Source of the DNA: Treponema sp.
Lineage (GTDB): Bacteria > Spirochaetota > Spirochaetia > Treponematales > Treponemataceae
Assembly: GCF_052169735.1 (NCBI RefSeq)
Contig: NZ_JBQNBW010000004.1
Span: forward strand, 548 to 64,547
Direction: 5' to 3'
Length of the DNA stretch: 64,000 bases
The position numbers were made by a program, and so were the translations under genes. This document shows, one piece after another, positions 48,039 through 57,145 of the stretch. Numbering within the stretch: the stretch's first letter is position 1; each line of letters begins with the position of its first letter. The notes under the pieces were generated by a model, which saw nothing but the letters and a program-made list of their open reading frames with translations, was not told where the DNA came from and made no database searches.

Positions 48039-49499
48039 TTACAAGATATAGCGGGATAAATCCTGATTCTGTACTATATCTTTGAGGCGTTCGTCAACAT
48101 ACGAGCGGTCTATTTCGACTGTTTTTCCGCTCATTCCGCTGGCGTTAAACGAAATATCTTCCAGCAGCATTTCCATAATAGTATGAAGACGGCGTGCCCC
48201 GATATTTTCCATCCCCGCATTGACTTCTGCTGCGAGGTTACTCATACGGTCTATTGCATCATCGGTAAAGATGACGGTAACGCCTTCGGTCTCAAGCAGC
48301 GCCTTATATTGTTTTGTCAATGCGTTCTTGGGTTCAAGCAAAATCCGTTTAAAGTCCTCAGCATGGAGCGATTCCAATTCAACTCGAAGCGGAAAGCGTC
48401 CCTGAAATTCAGGGATCAGATCGCTCGGTTTTGAGATGCTGAATGCACCTGCTGCGATAAAGAGGATATGACGGGTATCGACAACGCCGAATTTCGTGTT
48501 GACTTTTGAACCTTCTACAATAGGAAGAATATCACGCTGTACGCCTTCGCGGGATACATCGACACCGCTGCTGCGCTCGTTTTTTGAAGCAACCTTATCA
48601 ATTTCGTCGATAAAGATAATGCCCATCTGTTCAACCCGTTCTTTGGCTTCTGTCGAGATTTTATCATGATCAACGAGCCGGTCAAGCTGATCATCCATAA
48701 TGACTTCGCGCGCTTCTTTTACGCTTGTTGTTTTCCGTTTATGCTTACCGGCGCCCATCAGCATACTGCTGATGTTTGACATAGCATTTTCGAGGTCTTC
48801 CATGCTGGAACCGCCGGCGAATATTTCAAATGAGGGCATGCCGGACTGCTGGATGGATACTTCTACCATTTTATCTTCAAATTTCCCGTCCCGCAGCATT
48901 TGACGGAATTTTTCCCGGGTTTCGTGCATATCGCCTTCGTTCTCAGAGCTGTTTTCCTCAGCTGTTTCCTGTGTATTATCGGCTTGTGCAGGTTCTTCTT
49001 CTTCGGCTTCTGTCTTGTTTGCGATCAGAAGTTGCCTGACTGTCTTTTTATGCTTGCCCTTTTTTTTATTTGATCCGGGCAGCAAGAGGTCGAGGAGAAT
49101 TTCTTCTGTGTTTTTTTCCGCTTGAGCTCTGAGCGTGTCCTGCATTTCGCTTTTTACCATAGAATAGCCGACAGCCATGAGGTCGCGGATCATCGATTCA
49201 ACATCACGTCCGACATAGCCGACTTCCGTGTACTTGGTTGCTTCTACTTTGAGAAAGGGCGCTCCTGAAAGTTTTGCAAGGCGGCGTGCTATTTCTGTTT
49301 TGCCGACACCGGTTGGTCCTATCATCAGAATATTTTTTGGGGCTATCTCTTCACGGATATCCTCACTCAATTTGAGCCGGCGGGTTCTATTCCGCAGGGC
49401 AACGGCAACTGCTTTTTTTGCCTTTGCCTGCCCGATGATGTATTTGTCTAGTTCCGCAACAATATGCGGAGGGGTTAATTCATCTAAATTGATGGTCAT
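48039..49499 (-). CDS. hslU: ATP-dependent protease ATPase subunit HslU
   Basis: PKNILMIGPTGVGKTEIARRLA Walker A, IIFIDEIDK Walker B and an acidic I-domain insertion. Confidence 0.95.
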   Translation of the reverse strand: MTINLDELTPPHIVAELDKYIIGQAKAKKAVAVALRNRTRRLKLSEDIREEIAPKNILMIGPTGVGKTEIARRLAKLSGAPFLKVEATKYTEVGYVGRDVESMIRDLMAVGYSMVKSEMQDTLRAQAEKNTEEILLDLLLPGSNKKKGKHKKTVRQLLIANKTEAEEEEPAQADNTQETAEENSSENEGDMHETREKFRQMLRDGKFEDKMVEVSIQQSGMPSFEIFAGGSSMEDLENAMSNISSMLMGAGKHKRKTTSVKEAREVIMDDQLDRLVDHDKISTEAKERVEQMGIIFIDEIDKVASKNERSSGVDVSREGVQRDILPIVEGSKVNTKFGVVDTRHILFIAAGAFSISKPSDLIPEFQGRFPLRVELESLHAEDFKRILLEPKNALTKQYKALLETEGVTVIFTDDAIDRMSNLAAEVNAGMENIGARRLHTIMEMLLEDISFNASGMSGKTVEIDRSYVDERLKDIVQNQDLSRYIL

Positions 49500-49526
49500 A
49501 CTATCTCCTATAAAAACTTTTGCAGA

Positions 49527-49653
49527 ATAAACCTGTTCGGAAACTTCCGTTTCTGAACGGGTTACCTTAAAAAGCGATGTTCTAAATCGTACTATTTGTG
49601 CGATTTAGAACTCGTCGACCTATTCGAAAACGCAGTTATCGAATAGGTCTAAT
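49527..49653 (-). repeat. Three-hairpin MITE-like element, copy 2, inside the hslV-hslU spacer
   Basis: Reverse complement closely matches 26771-26897. All three stems are intact, and the middle stem is perfect (GTTCTAAATCG/CGATTTAGAAC). Confidence 0.85.
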
Positions 49654-49708
49654 GTGTGAGATAAAAAGCAGTAACGCAATTTCAGCCGTCCTTTTTATCA
49701 TAACGCTC

Positions 49709-50248
49709 TTACAGTTCTTCTATATGTATGTTCTCGTTGGTATATACGCAGATTTGACCCGCGATATTCAGGCTCTTTTCTGCAATCTCACGAGCAGTTA
49801 GGTCAGTATTGCGGAGTAGGGCAAGCGCTGCGGCATAAGCGTAGTTTCCGCCTGATCCGATCGCTAGTACCTCTTCCTGCGGTTCAATAACATCTCCATT
49901 CCCTGAAATGAGCAAAATAGTCTTTGCATCTGCGACTAAAAGCAGCGCTTCAAGGTTTTTCAGCATTTTATCGGTTCGCCAGTCCTTTGCCAGTTCTACC
50001 GCTGCTCTGGTAATGTCTCCGGCATATTCTTTTACTCTACCTTCAAATTTTTCAAGTAAGGTGAAAGCGTCGGCTGTTGCACCGGCAAAACCGGTCATTA
50101 TCTTTCCGTCATAGATTTTTCGTACCTTGCGGGCATTTCCTTTCATAACGGTTTGCCCCATCGTAACTTGTCCATCTCCTGCCATCGCAACTTTCCCGTT
50201 CCGTCTGACAGCAATAACTGTTGTACTTCGTACTTTTGTGTTTCCCAT
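49709..50248 (-). CDS. hslV: ATP-dependent protease subunit HslV
   Basis: [23 protein letters not shown]-terminal Thr region. I chose the start at MGNTKVRS; the ORF track extends to 50308. Confidence 0.95.
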   Translation of the reverse strand: MGNTKVRSTTVIAVRRNGKVAMAGDGQVTMGQTVMKGNARKVRKIYDGKIMTGFAGATADAFTLLEKFEGRVKEYAGDITRAAVELAKDWRTDKMLKNLEALLLVADAKTILLISGNGDVIEPQEEVLAIGSGGNYAYAAALALLRNTDLTAREIAEKSLNIAGQICVYTNENIHIEEL

Positions 50249-50497
50249 GTATAACCTCATTCCATGTAATTTACAAATATAACATAAAACGCGGGGATTG
50301 TATATCATCCGAGCAGCAGCTTCAGGAAATATTTTAGAAGACCGCTATTCTTTTGCGCAAAATGCCGCCCTGTTTTTAAAAGACGTGCTACTGTTCTGCC
50401 ATAGTTGACAGAGAATTGAAAAATATACTAGGGTATCTTGTAAAACGTATGTTGTTTTGAGAAAATTTCTACTATAATATTTATTTGGAGACGAAAC

Positions 50498-51451
50498 ATG
50501 GCAATTATTATTCAGGGATTTGGTAAATCACTCCCTTTAAAAGAGATGAAAAATACGGATTTTCCTGCGGAACTCGGTACATCGGATGAATGGATACGGA
50601 GTCATACCGGTATTGGATCCCGCCGGATTGCCAGCGCGGAGGATACAAGCGCATCGCTAGCGTATCAGGCATGTATGGATGCGCTTAAAAACAGTAAAAC
50701 TTCCGAGCCTATAACGGCGGATAAAATAGATCTTATTATTTGCGGCACGGCAACCCCCGATTTTCCTGGCTCTCCATCAAACGCTTGCCTTATTCAAAAT
50801 AAGCTGCAAGCGGTGCAGGCAGTGTGTTTTGATCTGACGGCAGGGTGTTCCGGTTTTATCTATGCAATGGACACGGCGGCGGCTATGATGGAACGGCACC
50901 ATTGGCGTTTTGCACTTGTATGCGGAGCCGAAGTCTTAAGCCGTATTATGGACTGGACAGACCGTTCTACCTGCGTTTTATTCGGTGATGGAGCAGGGGC
51001 GGCGCTGCTTGAAAACACCTTTGAACCTTGCGGGCTTGGTATCGGCGCTACCGTACTCGGCACTGACGGCACCGGAGCGGACAAACTCTATATTGCGCCT
51101 GACCGCCGGGTACACATGAATGGAAGAGCTGTGTACGAGTTTGCAGTCAGCCATATTACTGCAACAGTCAAGACTCTCCTTGCAAAGGAACATTTACAGG
51201 CAGACGATCTCGATTTAATTGTCTGTCATCAGGCAAATGAACGGATACTGGAAGCAGCGGCGAAACGGCTTAAAATCAATTTCGATAAATTTGTCCGCAA
51301 TATTGAAAACTATGGAAATACTTCAGCTGCTTCCATCCCAATCACTCTTGCTGAACTGACAGAGCAAGGCAAGCTGCATGAGGGTATGACTATCCTCATT
51401 ACCGGATTTGGCGCGGGCTTAACGTGGGGCGGCGCTATTATCCGGTTCTAA
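50498..51451 (+). CDS. fabH: 3-oxoacyl-ACP synthase III
   Basis: Active-site Cys context LTAGCSGF, plus HQAN and GNTSAAS motifs. Confidence 0.95.
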   Translation: MAIIIQGFGKSLPLKEMKNTDFPAELGTSDEWIRSHTGIGSRRIASAEDTSASLAYQACMDALKNSKTSEPITADKIDLIICGTATPDFPGSPSNACLIQNKLQAVQAVCFDLTAGCSGFIYAMDTAAAMMERHHWRFALVCGAEVLSRIMDWTDRSTCVLFGDGAGAALLENTFEPCGLGIGATVLGTDGTGADKLYIAPDRRVHMNGRAVYEFAVSHITATVKTLLAKEHLQADDLDLIVCHQANERILEAAAKRLKINFDKFVRNIENYGNTSAASIPITLAELTEQGKLHEGMTILITGFGAGLTWGGAIIRF

Positions 51452-51511
51452 TCCTGAGGGGTATTCTTAAAACCCACGTTTTTTAATATCCCTGTTTTTT
51501 ATAGAAGGTAC

Positions 51512-52480
51512 ATGATGGAATACGTTTTTTTATTTTCGGGACAAGGCTCTCAATTCAAAGGTATGGCAGAAGATATTTGTAAAAAATATCCGGCTGCCCG
51601 TGCCGTTATTGATACGATGAGTGCCACCGCAGGAGAAGATATTGCCTCCTTCCTGTGGAATACGGAACCGGCTGAACTTGCACGGAGCGACAGGAGTCAG
51701 CTTGCGATTACGGCAATGCAGGCGGCGATTCTCGCGGTGTTGCAGGAGCATGGAATCACACCTTCCGCTGCTGCGGGCTTTAGTCTGGGGGAATTTTCTG
51801 CATTGTATGCGGCAAAGGTTTTAGACCTTACAACAATGACAAAGGTTGTCGCTTTGCGCGGAAAAATTATGCAGAAGGCGTGCGAAAAATTAGATGCACG
51901 GGGCAAAGCATCCGGAGGCGCATCAGGTATGGCGGCGGTTCTCAAACTTGCGCCTGAGCGGATTATCGAAGTACTAAAACCATATTCCGATCCTGAGGCA
52001 GGAACCGTCTTTGCAGCAAATTTGAACAGTCCGATGCAGACCGTTGTGTCGGGAACTGCGGCGGGGCTGGATATTGCAGAAAAGCTCTGTAAGGAAGCAG
52101 GTGCAAAACGGGTTGTCCGGCTTGCGGTAGCAGGTCCCTTCCATTCGCCGCTCATGCGGGAAGCTGCAGAGGAATTTTCAGCTGTGCTGCAGGATATTCC
52201 GTTCAATGATCCTGCCGTTCCGATTTTTTCAAATGTAACTGGAAAGCGGCTTTTAACTGGCGCAGAGGCAAAACAGAATGCTGTGCTGCACTTAACCCAT
52301 CCGGTACGCTGGCTGGAGGAAGAACAGGAAATTGCTGCGCTGACAAGCACGGCAGCCTTGCTGGAAGTAGGTCCGGGAATGACGCTGTGCAATCTGTGGC
52401 GGGACAGCGGCTGTGCAGGAAACTGCCGCCCTACCGGTACTGCGGAGCAGCTGGCTGATGTGATAGACGAATATCATTGA
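51512..52480 (+). CDS. fabD: Malonyl-CoA:ACP transacylase
   Basis: FSGQGSQ and [10 protein letters not shown] active-site Ser motif. Confidence 0.95.
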   Translation: MMEYVFLFSGQGSQFKGMAEDICKKYPAARAVIDTMSATAGEDIASFLWNTEPAELARSDRSQLAITAMQAAILAVLQEHGITPSAAAGFSLGEFSALYAAKVLDLTTMTKVVALRGKIMQKACEKLDARGKASGGASGMAAVLKLAPERIIEVLKPYSDPEAGTVFAANLNSPMQTVVSGTAAGLDIAEKLCKEAGAKRVVRLAVAGPFHSPLMREAAEEFSAVLQDIPFNDPAVPIFSNVTGKRLLTGAEAKQNAVLHLTHPVRWLEEEQEIAALTSTAALLEVGPGMTLCNLWRDSGCAGNCRPTGTAEQLADVIDEYH

Positions 52481-52505
52481 GGGAGTTTGCAACTTACATA
52501 CGAGT

Positions 52506-52964
52506 ATGTTTGAATTAAAACCGGTTGTCTGTAAAGAAGTGGATAAAAAACTCCACGCCTATTATACGCTGACATGGACTGCTCTAACCCGTGCCGATAA
52601 ATACAGGATCACCACAGCAGTTCCGGCTATTGCCGGTCTGTATGAACTGTATTATATGGATGCACATAAGCGGCTTAATCTGCTCGCGGTTACCCATGCA
52701 TGGTACGGAGGCTTACGCAGTAATTTGCGGCAAGCGGTTGATCCCTATCACACGCACGATCTTGCATTACGTGCACTTCTTGAAGAATCTCCACTGTACT
52801 ACCGCTATTCATGTTCGGATTCTTTTGGAGATCTTGTAGATGTTGTATGGTTTCTCCATACGGGGTACTTTCCTCATGATACACGGGTAGCTCACTCACA
52901 GCGCTATAAAAAAATCTTTTTAACAGAACAGGCTCCTGATAAAATATATTGGTTGGATGACTAA
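52506..52964 (+). CDS. Hypothetical protein
   Basis: 152-aa ORF, co-directional and close to fabD. No motif recognised. Confidence 0.5.
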   Translation: MFELKPVVCKEVDKKLHAYYTLTWTALTRADKYRITTAVPAIAGLYELYYMDAHKRLNLLAVTHAWYGGLRSNLRQAVDPYHTHDLALRALLEESPLYYRYSCSDSFGDLVDVVWFLHTGYFPHDTRVAHSQRYKKIFLTEQAPDKIYWLDD

Positions 52965-52976
52965 GGTGGAATAGAT

Positions 52977-53912
52977 ATGAATAAGCTGAAGAAAAATGAA
53001 CTTACAGGACGTATTGCCCTTCTCGTTGCATCCTTATTCTGGGGAACGACATTTGTTGTTATTAGCAGTACCAATGATTTTTTCCCGCCTGCATTTTTGG
53101 TTTTTATGCGGTGTGCAATCGGTTCGGGGTCATTGCTGCTCTTTTTTATCCGGCGTTTAAAAAAACTATCACGCCAATATATTATGATCAGTGCCTTTCT
53201 CGGTTTTCTAATGACGATCGGCTATTTAATGCAGGGGTTTGCAATCACAAATGCAGGCTGCCCGCCGGGGCGGTGCGGCTTTCTTGTTGCGACCTATTGT
53301 GTCCTTATCCCTTTTATCTCGTGGGCGGTAGAAAAAAAGAAACCGAATATTTATCACATTATTGCAGCGGTTATCTGTTTGATAGGTATCTTGTTTATTT
53401 CGCTGCCTGATCTTATTAAAGATTCAGATGTAAGTGTTAATTGGGGCGACCTTATTGCTATGTTGGGCAGCGTTATTTTCGGCTGTTATCTTGTATTTCT
53501 GAGCCGGTATGTGAATAAACTCGATCCCATCCTGCTCACCATCGGTAATCTTTTTTTCGGTGCCGTATATGCGGGGCTGTATAGCTTCTTTTTTGAAAAT
53601 ACCGCTGTAATTGTGTGGAATACTCATTCCATCTTTGCTGCCGTATATCTCGGTTTTGTGTGTATGTCGGTTACCAATGTGCTGCAAGCGATCGGTCAGC
53701 AGTATACCCCTGCGTCTACCGCTGCCTTGATTTTTTCTTTGGAGTCGGTTTTCGGCATTATCATCGCGGTGTTGTTCTGGCATGAGCAGATAACCGTCTC
53801 GCTTATTATCGGGTGCTTTTTTATCTTCACGTCGATTGTCATTTCCGAAACAAAGCTGGGATTTTTAAAGAAAAAGCTGAGTAGTACTGTTTTTAGAAAG
53901 TTTTTGTCTTAA
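52977..53912 (+). CDS. DMT superfamily (EamA-like) transporter
   Basis: About 10 TM segments in two EamA-like halves. The last codons run into REP-like sequence. Confidence 0.8.
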   Translation: MNKLKKNELTGRIALLVASLFWGTTFVVISSTNDFFPPAFLVFMRCAIGSGSLLLFFIRRLKKLSRQYIMISAFLGFLMTIGYLMQGFAITNAGCPPGRCGFLVATYCVLIPFISWAVEKKKPNIYHIIAAVICLIGILFISLPDLIKDSDVSVNWGDLIAMLGSVIFGCYLVFLSRYVNKLDPILLTIGNLFFGAVYAGLYSFFFENTAVIVWNTHSIFAAVYLGFVCMSVTNVLQAIGQQYTPASTAALIFSLESVFGIIIAVLFWHEQITVSLIIGCFFIFTSIVISETKLGFLKKKLSSTVFRKFLS

Positions 53913-53928
53913 AAAGGAATCTAAGGAA

Positions 53929-53958
53929 AACCTCTAAAAACTCAAGTTTTTAGGGGTT
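53929..53958. repeat. REP-like palindrome
   Basis: AACCTCTAAAAACT-CA-AGTTTTTAGGGGTT. Confidence 0.6.
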
Positions 53959-54027
53959 CCCTATATACTGAAAAGTATCCTAAAATATTCCGTTTTGCTG
54001 CCTACTGAGACAGCACAGGAGGAAAAT

Positions 54028-55701
54028 ATGAGTAAATATGTTATTGTCGGCGGTGTTGCAGGCGGTGCAGGAGCAGCCGCCCGCTTGCGCCGATTAGATG
54101 AAAACGCTGAGATTACCGTTTTTGAACGGGGAAGCCATATCAGCTTTGCAAACTGCGGTCTGCCGTATTATGCAGGCGATGTCATTCAAAATAGGGATGC
54201 ACTTTTTGTAATGACACCGGAACGGTTTAAAGAGATACTCAATGTTACTGCGTTGGTAAAGCATGAAGTTACGGCAATCAATCCGGCAGCAAAAACAGTA
54301 ACCGTTAAAAACCTCGATACCGGTGCCGAAACAACAGAGGCTTATGATGCGCTTGTTTTAAGCCCTGGCGCTTCCCCCATCCGCCCTCCTATTCCGGGAA
54401 TTGATGATGCAAGTATCTACACCCTTCGGTCTGTGAGCGACATCGATGCGATCAAATCAAAGATCGACAACCCTGAAACAAAGCGGGTTGCTATTATCGG
54501 CGGAGGGTTTATCGGCTTAGAAATGGCAGAAAATCTTCATCACCGCGGTATGCAGGTTTCTATTATAGAAGCAGTAGATCAAGTTATGAATGTCGTAGAC
54601 TATGATATGGCGGCGATGGTTCAAGCAGAAATACGGCGGAAAGGGGTTCGGCTCTACCTCAAGGACGGGGTAAAAGCATTTGAGCGCCGCGGTAAGGATT
54701 TGGCTGTTTGTCTACAGTCGGGAAAAGAGGTACTCTGCGATGCGGTGATACTTTCAATCGGTGTACGTCCCGACACAAAGCTGGCAAAGGACTGTAATCT
54801 TGAACTTGCCCCGAACGGTGCTATCAAGGTGAACGAATATCTTGAAACTTCGCACAAGGGTATCTATGCAATCGGTGATGCTATTTCCTTTAAGAGTCCG
54901 CTGTTGGGAATGGACGTAAGTATTCCGCTTGCAGGACCTGCAAATAAGCAAGCTCGTATCTGTGCTGACAATATCATCTACGGTAATAAAAAAGCATACT
55001 GCGGGGCAATCGGTACAAGTGTTGCAAAGATATTCGGTTATACCGCAGCCGCAACCGGTTTAGGAGAAAAAGCGCTGGATAGGGCTGGTGTGCCTTATAA
55101 GCAGGTTGTAACCCATGCAATGCACCATGCCGGCTATTATCCGGGAGCTTCTCTGCTTTCAATTAAAATTTTATACAATCCCGAAAGCGGTAAGCTGTGG
55201 GGAGCGCAAGCTGTCGGGGTTGAAGGCGTTGAGAAAAGAATAGATGTGATTGCAGCCTATATCAATAAGGAAGGTACTATTTCCGACTTGGCTGAATTTG
55301 AACAAGCGTATGCACCGCCCTTTAATTCTGCAAAAGATCCGGTTAATATGCTTGGGTTTGTTGCAGAAAACGACCGTGATGGATTATCAACAGTCATTTC
55401 ATGGCGGGATATTCCGCAGTATGCAGAAAAAGGAGCTTTTTTCCTTGATGCGCGTACCCCTGAAGAGTTCCAGCTGGGTTCATTGTCGGGTGCTGTTAAT
55501 ATTTCGAATACCGCATTACGAAGCCGCTTAGCTGAGGTACCGAAAGACCGCACCATTGTGGTCAACTGCGGTATGGGCTTACGGGCTTACCTTGCGGTGC
55601 GTATTTTACGGCAGAACGGCTATACCGATGTTGTAAATCTTTCCGGCGGATACATGACGTATAAAGCGGTACAGGATGAGTTGGAGCTGTTAGCAAAATA
55701 A
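54028..55701 (+). CDS. CoA-disulfide reductase / NADH oxidase family flavoprotein with a C-terminal rhodanese domain
   Basis: VIVGGVAGGAGAA FAD motif, redox Cys in SFANCGLPYY and a C-terminal rhodanese-like VVNCGMGLRA. ATG after AGGAGG. Confidence 0.9.
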   Translation: MSKYVIVGGVAGGAGAAARLRRLDENAEITVFERGSHISFANCGLPYYAGDVIQNRDALFVMTPERFKEILNVTALVKHEVTAINPAAKTVTVKNLDTGAETTEAYDALVLSPGASPIRPPIPGIDDASIYTLRSVSDIDAIKSKIDNPETKRVAIIGGGFIGLEMAENLHHRGMQVSIIEAVDQVMNVVDYDMAAMVQAEIRRKGVRLYLKDGVKAFERRGKDLAVCLQSGKEVLCDAVILSIGVRPDTKLAKDCNLELAPNGAIKVNEYLETSHKGIYAIGDAISFKSPLLGMDVSIPLAGPANKQARICADNIIYGNKKAYCGAIGTSVAKIFGYTAAATGLGEKALDRAGVPYKQVVTHAMHHAGYYPGASLLSIKILYNPESGKLWGAQAVGVEGVEKRIDVIAAYINKEGTISDLAEFEQAYAPPFNSAKDPVNMLGFVAENDRDGLSTVISWRDIPQYAEKGAFFLDARTPEEFQLGSLSGAVNISNTALRSRLAEVPKDRTIVVNCGMGLRAYLAVRILRQNGYTDVVNLSGGYMTYKAVQDELELLAK

Positions 55702-55743
55702 GGCACTTGCATTAAAAATATTTTCAGCGGTTGACTTCTTTCT

Positions 55744-55771
55744 GTGCGAAATTTTGCTTAAAATTTCGCAC
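55744..55771 (+). terminator. Perfect 12-bp hairpin downstream of the reductase gene
   Basis: GTGCGAAATTTT-GCTT-AAAATTTCGCAC followed by ATTTTCCC. Confidence 0.5.
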
Positions 55772-55965
55772 ATTTTCCCAGTAAATGGGTAAATGTATCA
55801 CGTAGAGTAGATAAAAATCGCGGAAAAATTGAGACTGTGACACCATTTGAATCGCGAAGAGGTTCAACTCTGGTCGAATAGTATCAATTTTTCTGCGGAG
55901 TTGTTAAAAAACGGTCTGATCTGTTTATCCTGATATAGATAGGCAATGGCAACTAGCGTAGGAGC

Positions 55966-56520
55966 TTACCGTATATTTACCGAAATTGCGCCTTGACGGA
56001 GTATTTTCGGTACTGCGGAACAGACATCTATGATAGTAGAAGGTAAGCCTGCAAGTTCTCCGCCGTCCACCGCTAAGGCAACCGATGCTTCAAATTCCGC
56101 ACAAATAGTGTCGATATCCGTAAGAGGCGGCGTTCCGGAGCGGTTGACGCTGGTGGAATAAATCGCCTCTCCGGTTGCTGCAATAACATCTCGTAGCCAT
56201 GGATCGGCAGGACACCGGAATGCTTGGGTTTCAGAGCCTTTCAGCGGCACAATAAGAGTGAGCGGAGCAGGCCATAGCTGTAAAAGATAGTCCGGTACTG
56301 CTGCATCCGTGTACCGGTAGATATCGGACGGTTTTGCTATAAGGGCTATGAAAGGTTTATTTTCTTCCCGCCCCTTTATCTGTGCGATAGCATCAGCTGT
56401 TTTGCCGAATAGACCGGAAAAACCATAAATAGTGTCAGTGGGAATGATAACAATTTTGTTGTTACGCAGTGCCGAGGCAGCGGCAGCGGCTGAACTAGTA
56501 TCCTTCTTTTGAATGCGCAT
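55966..56520 (-). CDS. tsaC: L-threonylcarbamoyladenylate synthase (YrdC/TsaC type)
   Basis: IIPTDTIYGFSG and YSTSVNRSG motifs. 184 aa. Confidence 0.85.
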   Translation of the reverse strand: MRIQKKDTSSAAAAASALRNNKIVIIPTDTIYGFSGLFGKTADAIAQIKGREENKPFIALIAKPSDIYRYTDAAVPDYLLQLWPAPLTLIVPLKGSETQAFRCPADPWLRDVIAATGEAIYSTSVNRSGTPPLTDIDTICAEFEASVALAVDGGELAGLPSTIIDVCSAVPKILRQGAISVNIR

Positions 56521-56944
56521 GTTTTTTACTCACAATCATTTCACATAATATCACAATAATACCGACAGAAATAGCAATAGTTTTACAGATAGCATCCGGC
56601 AAAAAACGCGGCGGCTCAATTAAATAAAGGACTCCTGCATCATCGGTATATTCAGTTGTTCCTGAAAAATTCATGAGCTTGATCAGACCCTCTCCCTTGT
56701 GTACATAGCCGAGGTCATGTGCATAGACTGCGATGGTTTGAGGATCGGAAGACAAATTTGCAATACGTATATTCAGCTTTTCGCTCATATCGGAAAGCAG
56801 CTGCACATGTTGAATCAGCGAATCACGCTGCCGTTTTAACTGCTGTACCGCAAAAAAACCGCGCGGTCCGAAAAAAATTGCTAAAAAACTATAAACAAGT
56901 GCAAATATAAAAATCGGTGCGATGATTTTCAAATAGAGCTTCAT
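56495..56944 (-). CDS. Septum formation initiator (FtsB/DivIC-like) membrane protein
   Basis: Single N-terminal TM segment followed by a coiled coil (QQLKRQRDSLIQHVQLLSDMSEKLNIRIANL). Overlaps the tsaC start by 26 nt. Confidence 0.55.
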   Translation of the reverse strand: MKLYLKIIAPIFIFALVYSFLAIFFGPRGFFAVQQLKRQRDSLIQHVQLLSDMSEKLNIRIANLSSDPQTIAVYAHDLGYVHKGEGLIKLMNFSGTTEYTDDAGVLYLIEPPRFLPDAICKTIAISVGIIVILCEMIVSKKHAHSKEGY

Positions 56945-56978
56945 ATCTTACTCTAATAACGGCAAAAAAAATATTTTC

Positions 56979-57006
56979 TTGAACTTTTCTTAAAACTGAG
57001 TATAAT
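56979..57006 (+). promoter_or_regulatory. Candidate sigma70 promoter
   Basis: TTGAAC, 16-nt spacer, TATAAT. About 140 nt upstream of the acidic-protein ATG. Confidence 0.45.
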
Positions 57007-57145
57007 GAAGAAGAGGGGCTGCTTGGAGCAAAGATTGTTTTGGATATTTACAAGTATTTACAACCTTCAAGCTGCTTTCGCTCATGTTATATGCAGACAA
57101 TGCCGATATATGGTATAATACCACCGTCATTCGGGAGAAGATTTT

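Noticed and set aside
49709-50248. HslV has 8 residues (MGNTKVRS) before the catalytic Thr, suggesting an unusual propeptide
   Set aside because: Short N-terminal extensions before the Thr are, as far as I recall, known in other HslV/CodW homologs, so this is not clearly unusual.
51697-52392. 231-aa minus-strand ORF inside fabD
   Set aside because: It is antisense to a gene with unmistakable FabD motifs. The Ala/Ser-rich translation is typical of the mirror frame of a GC-richer gene.
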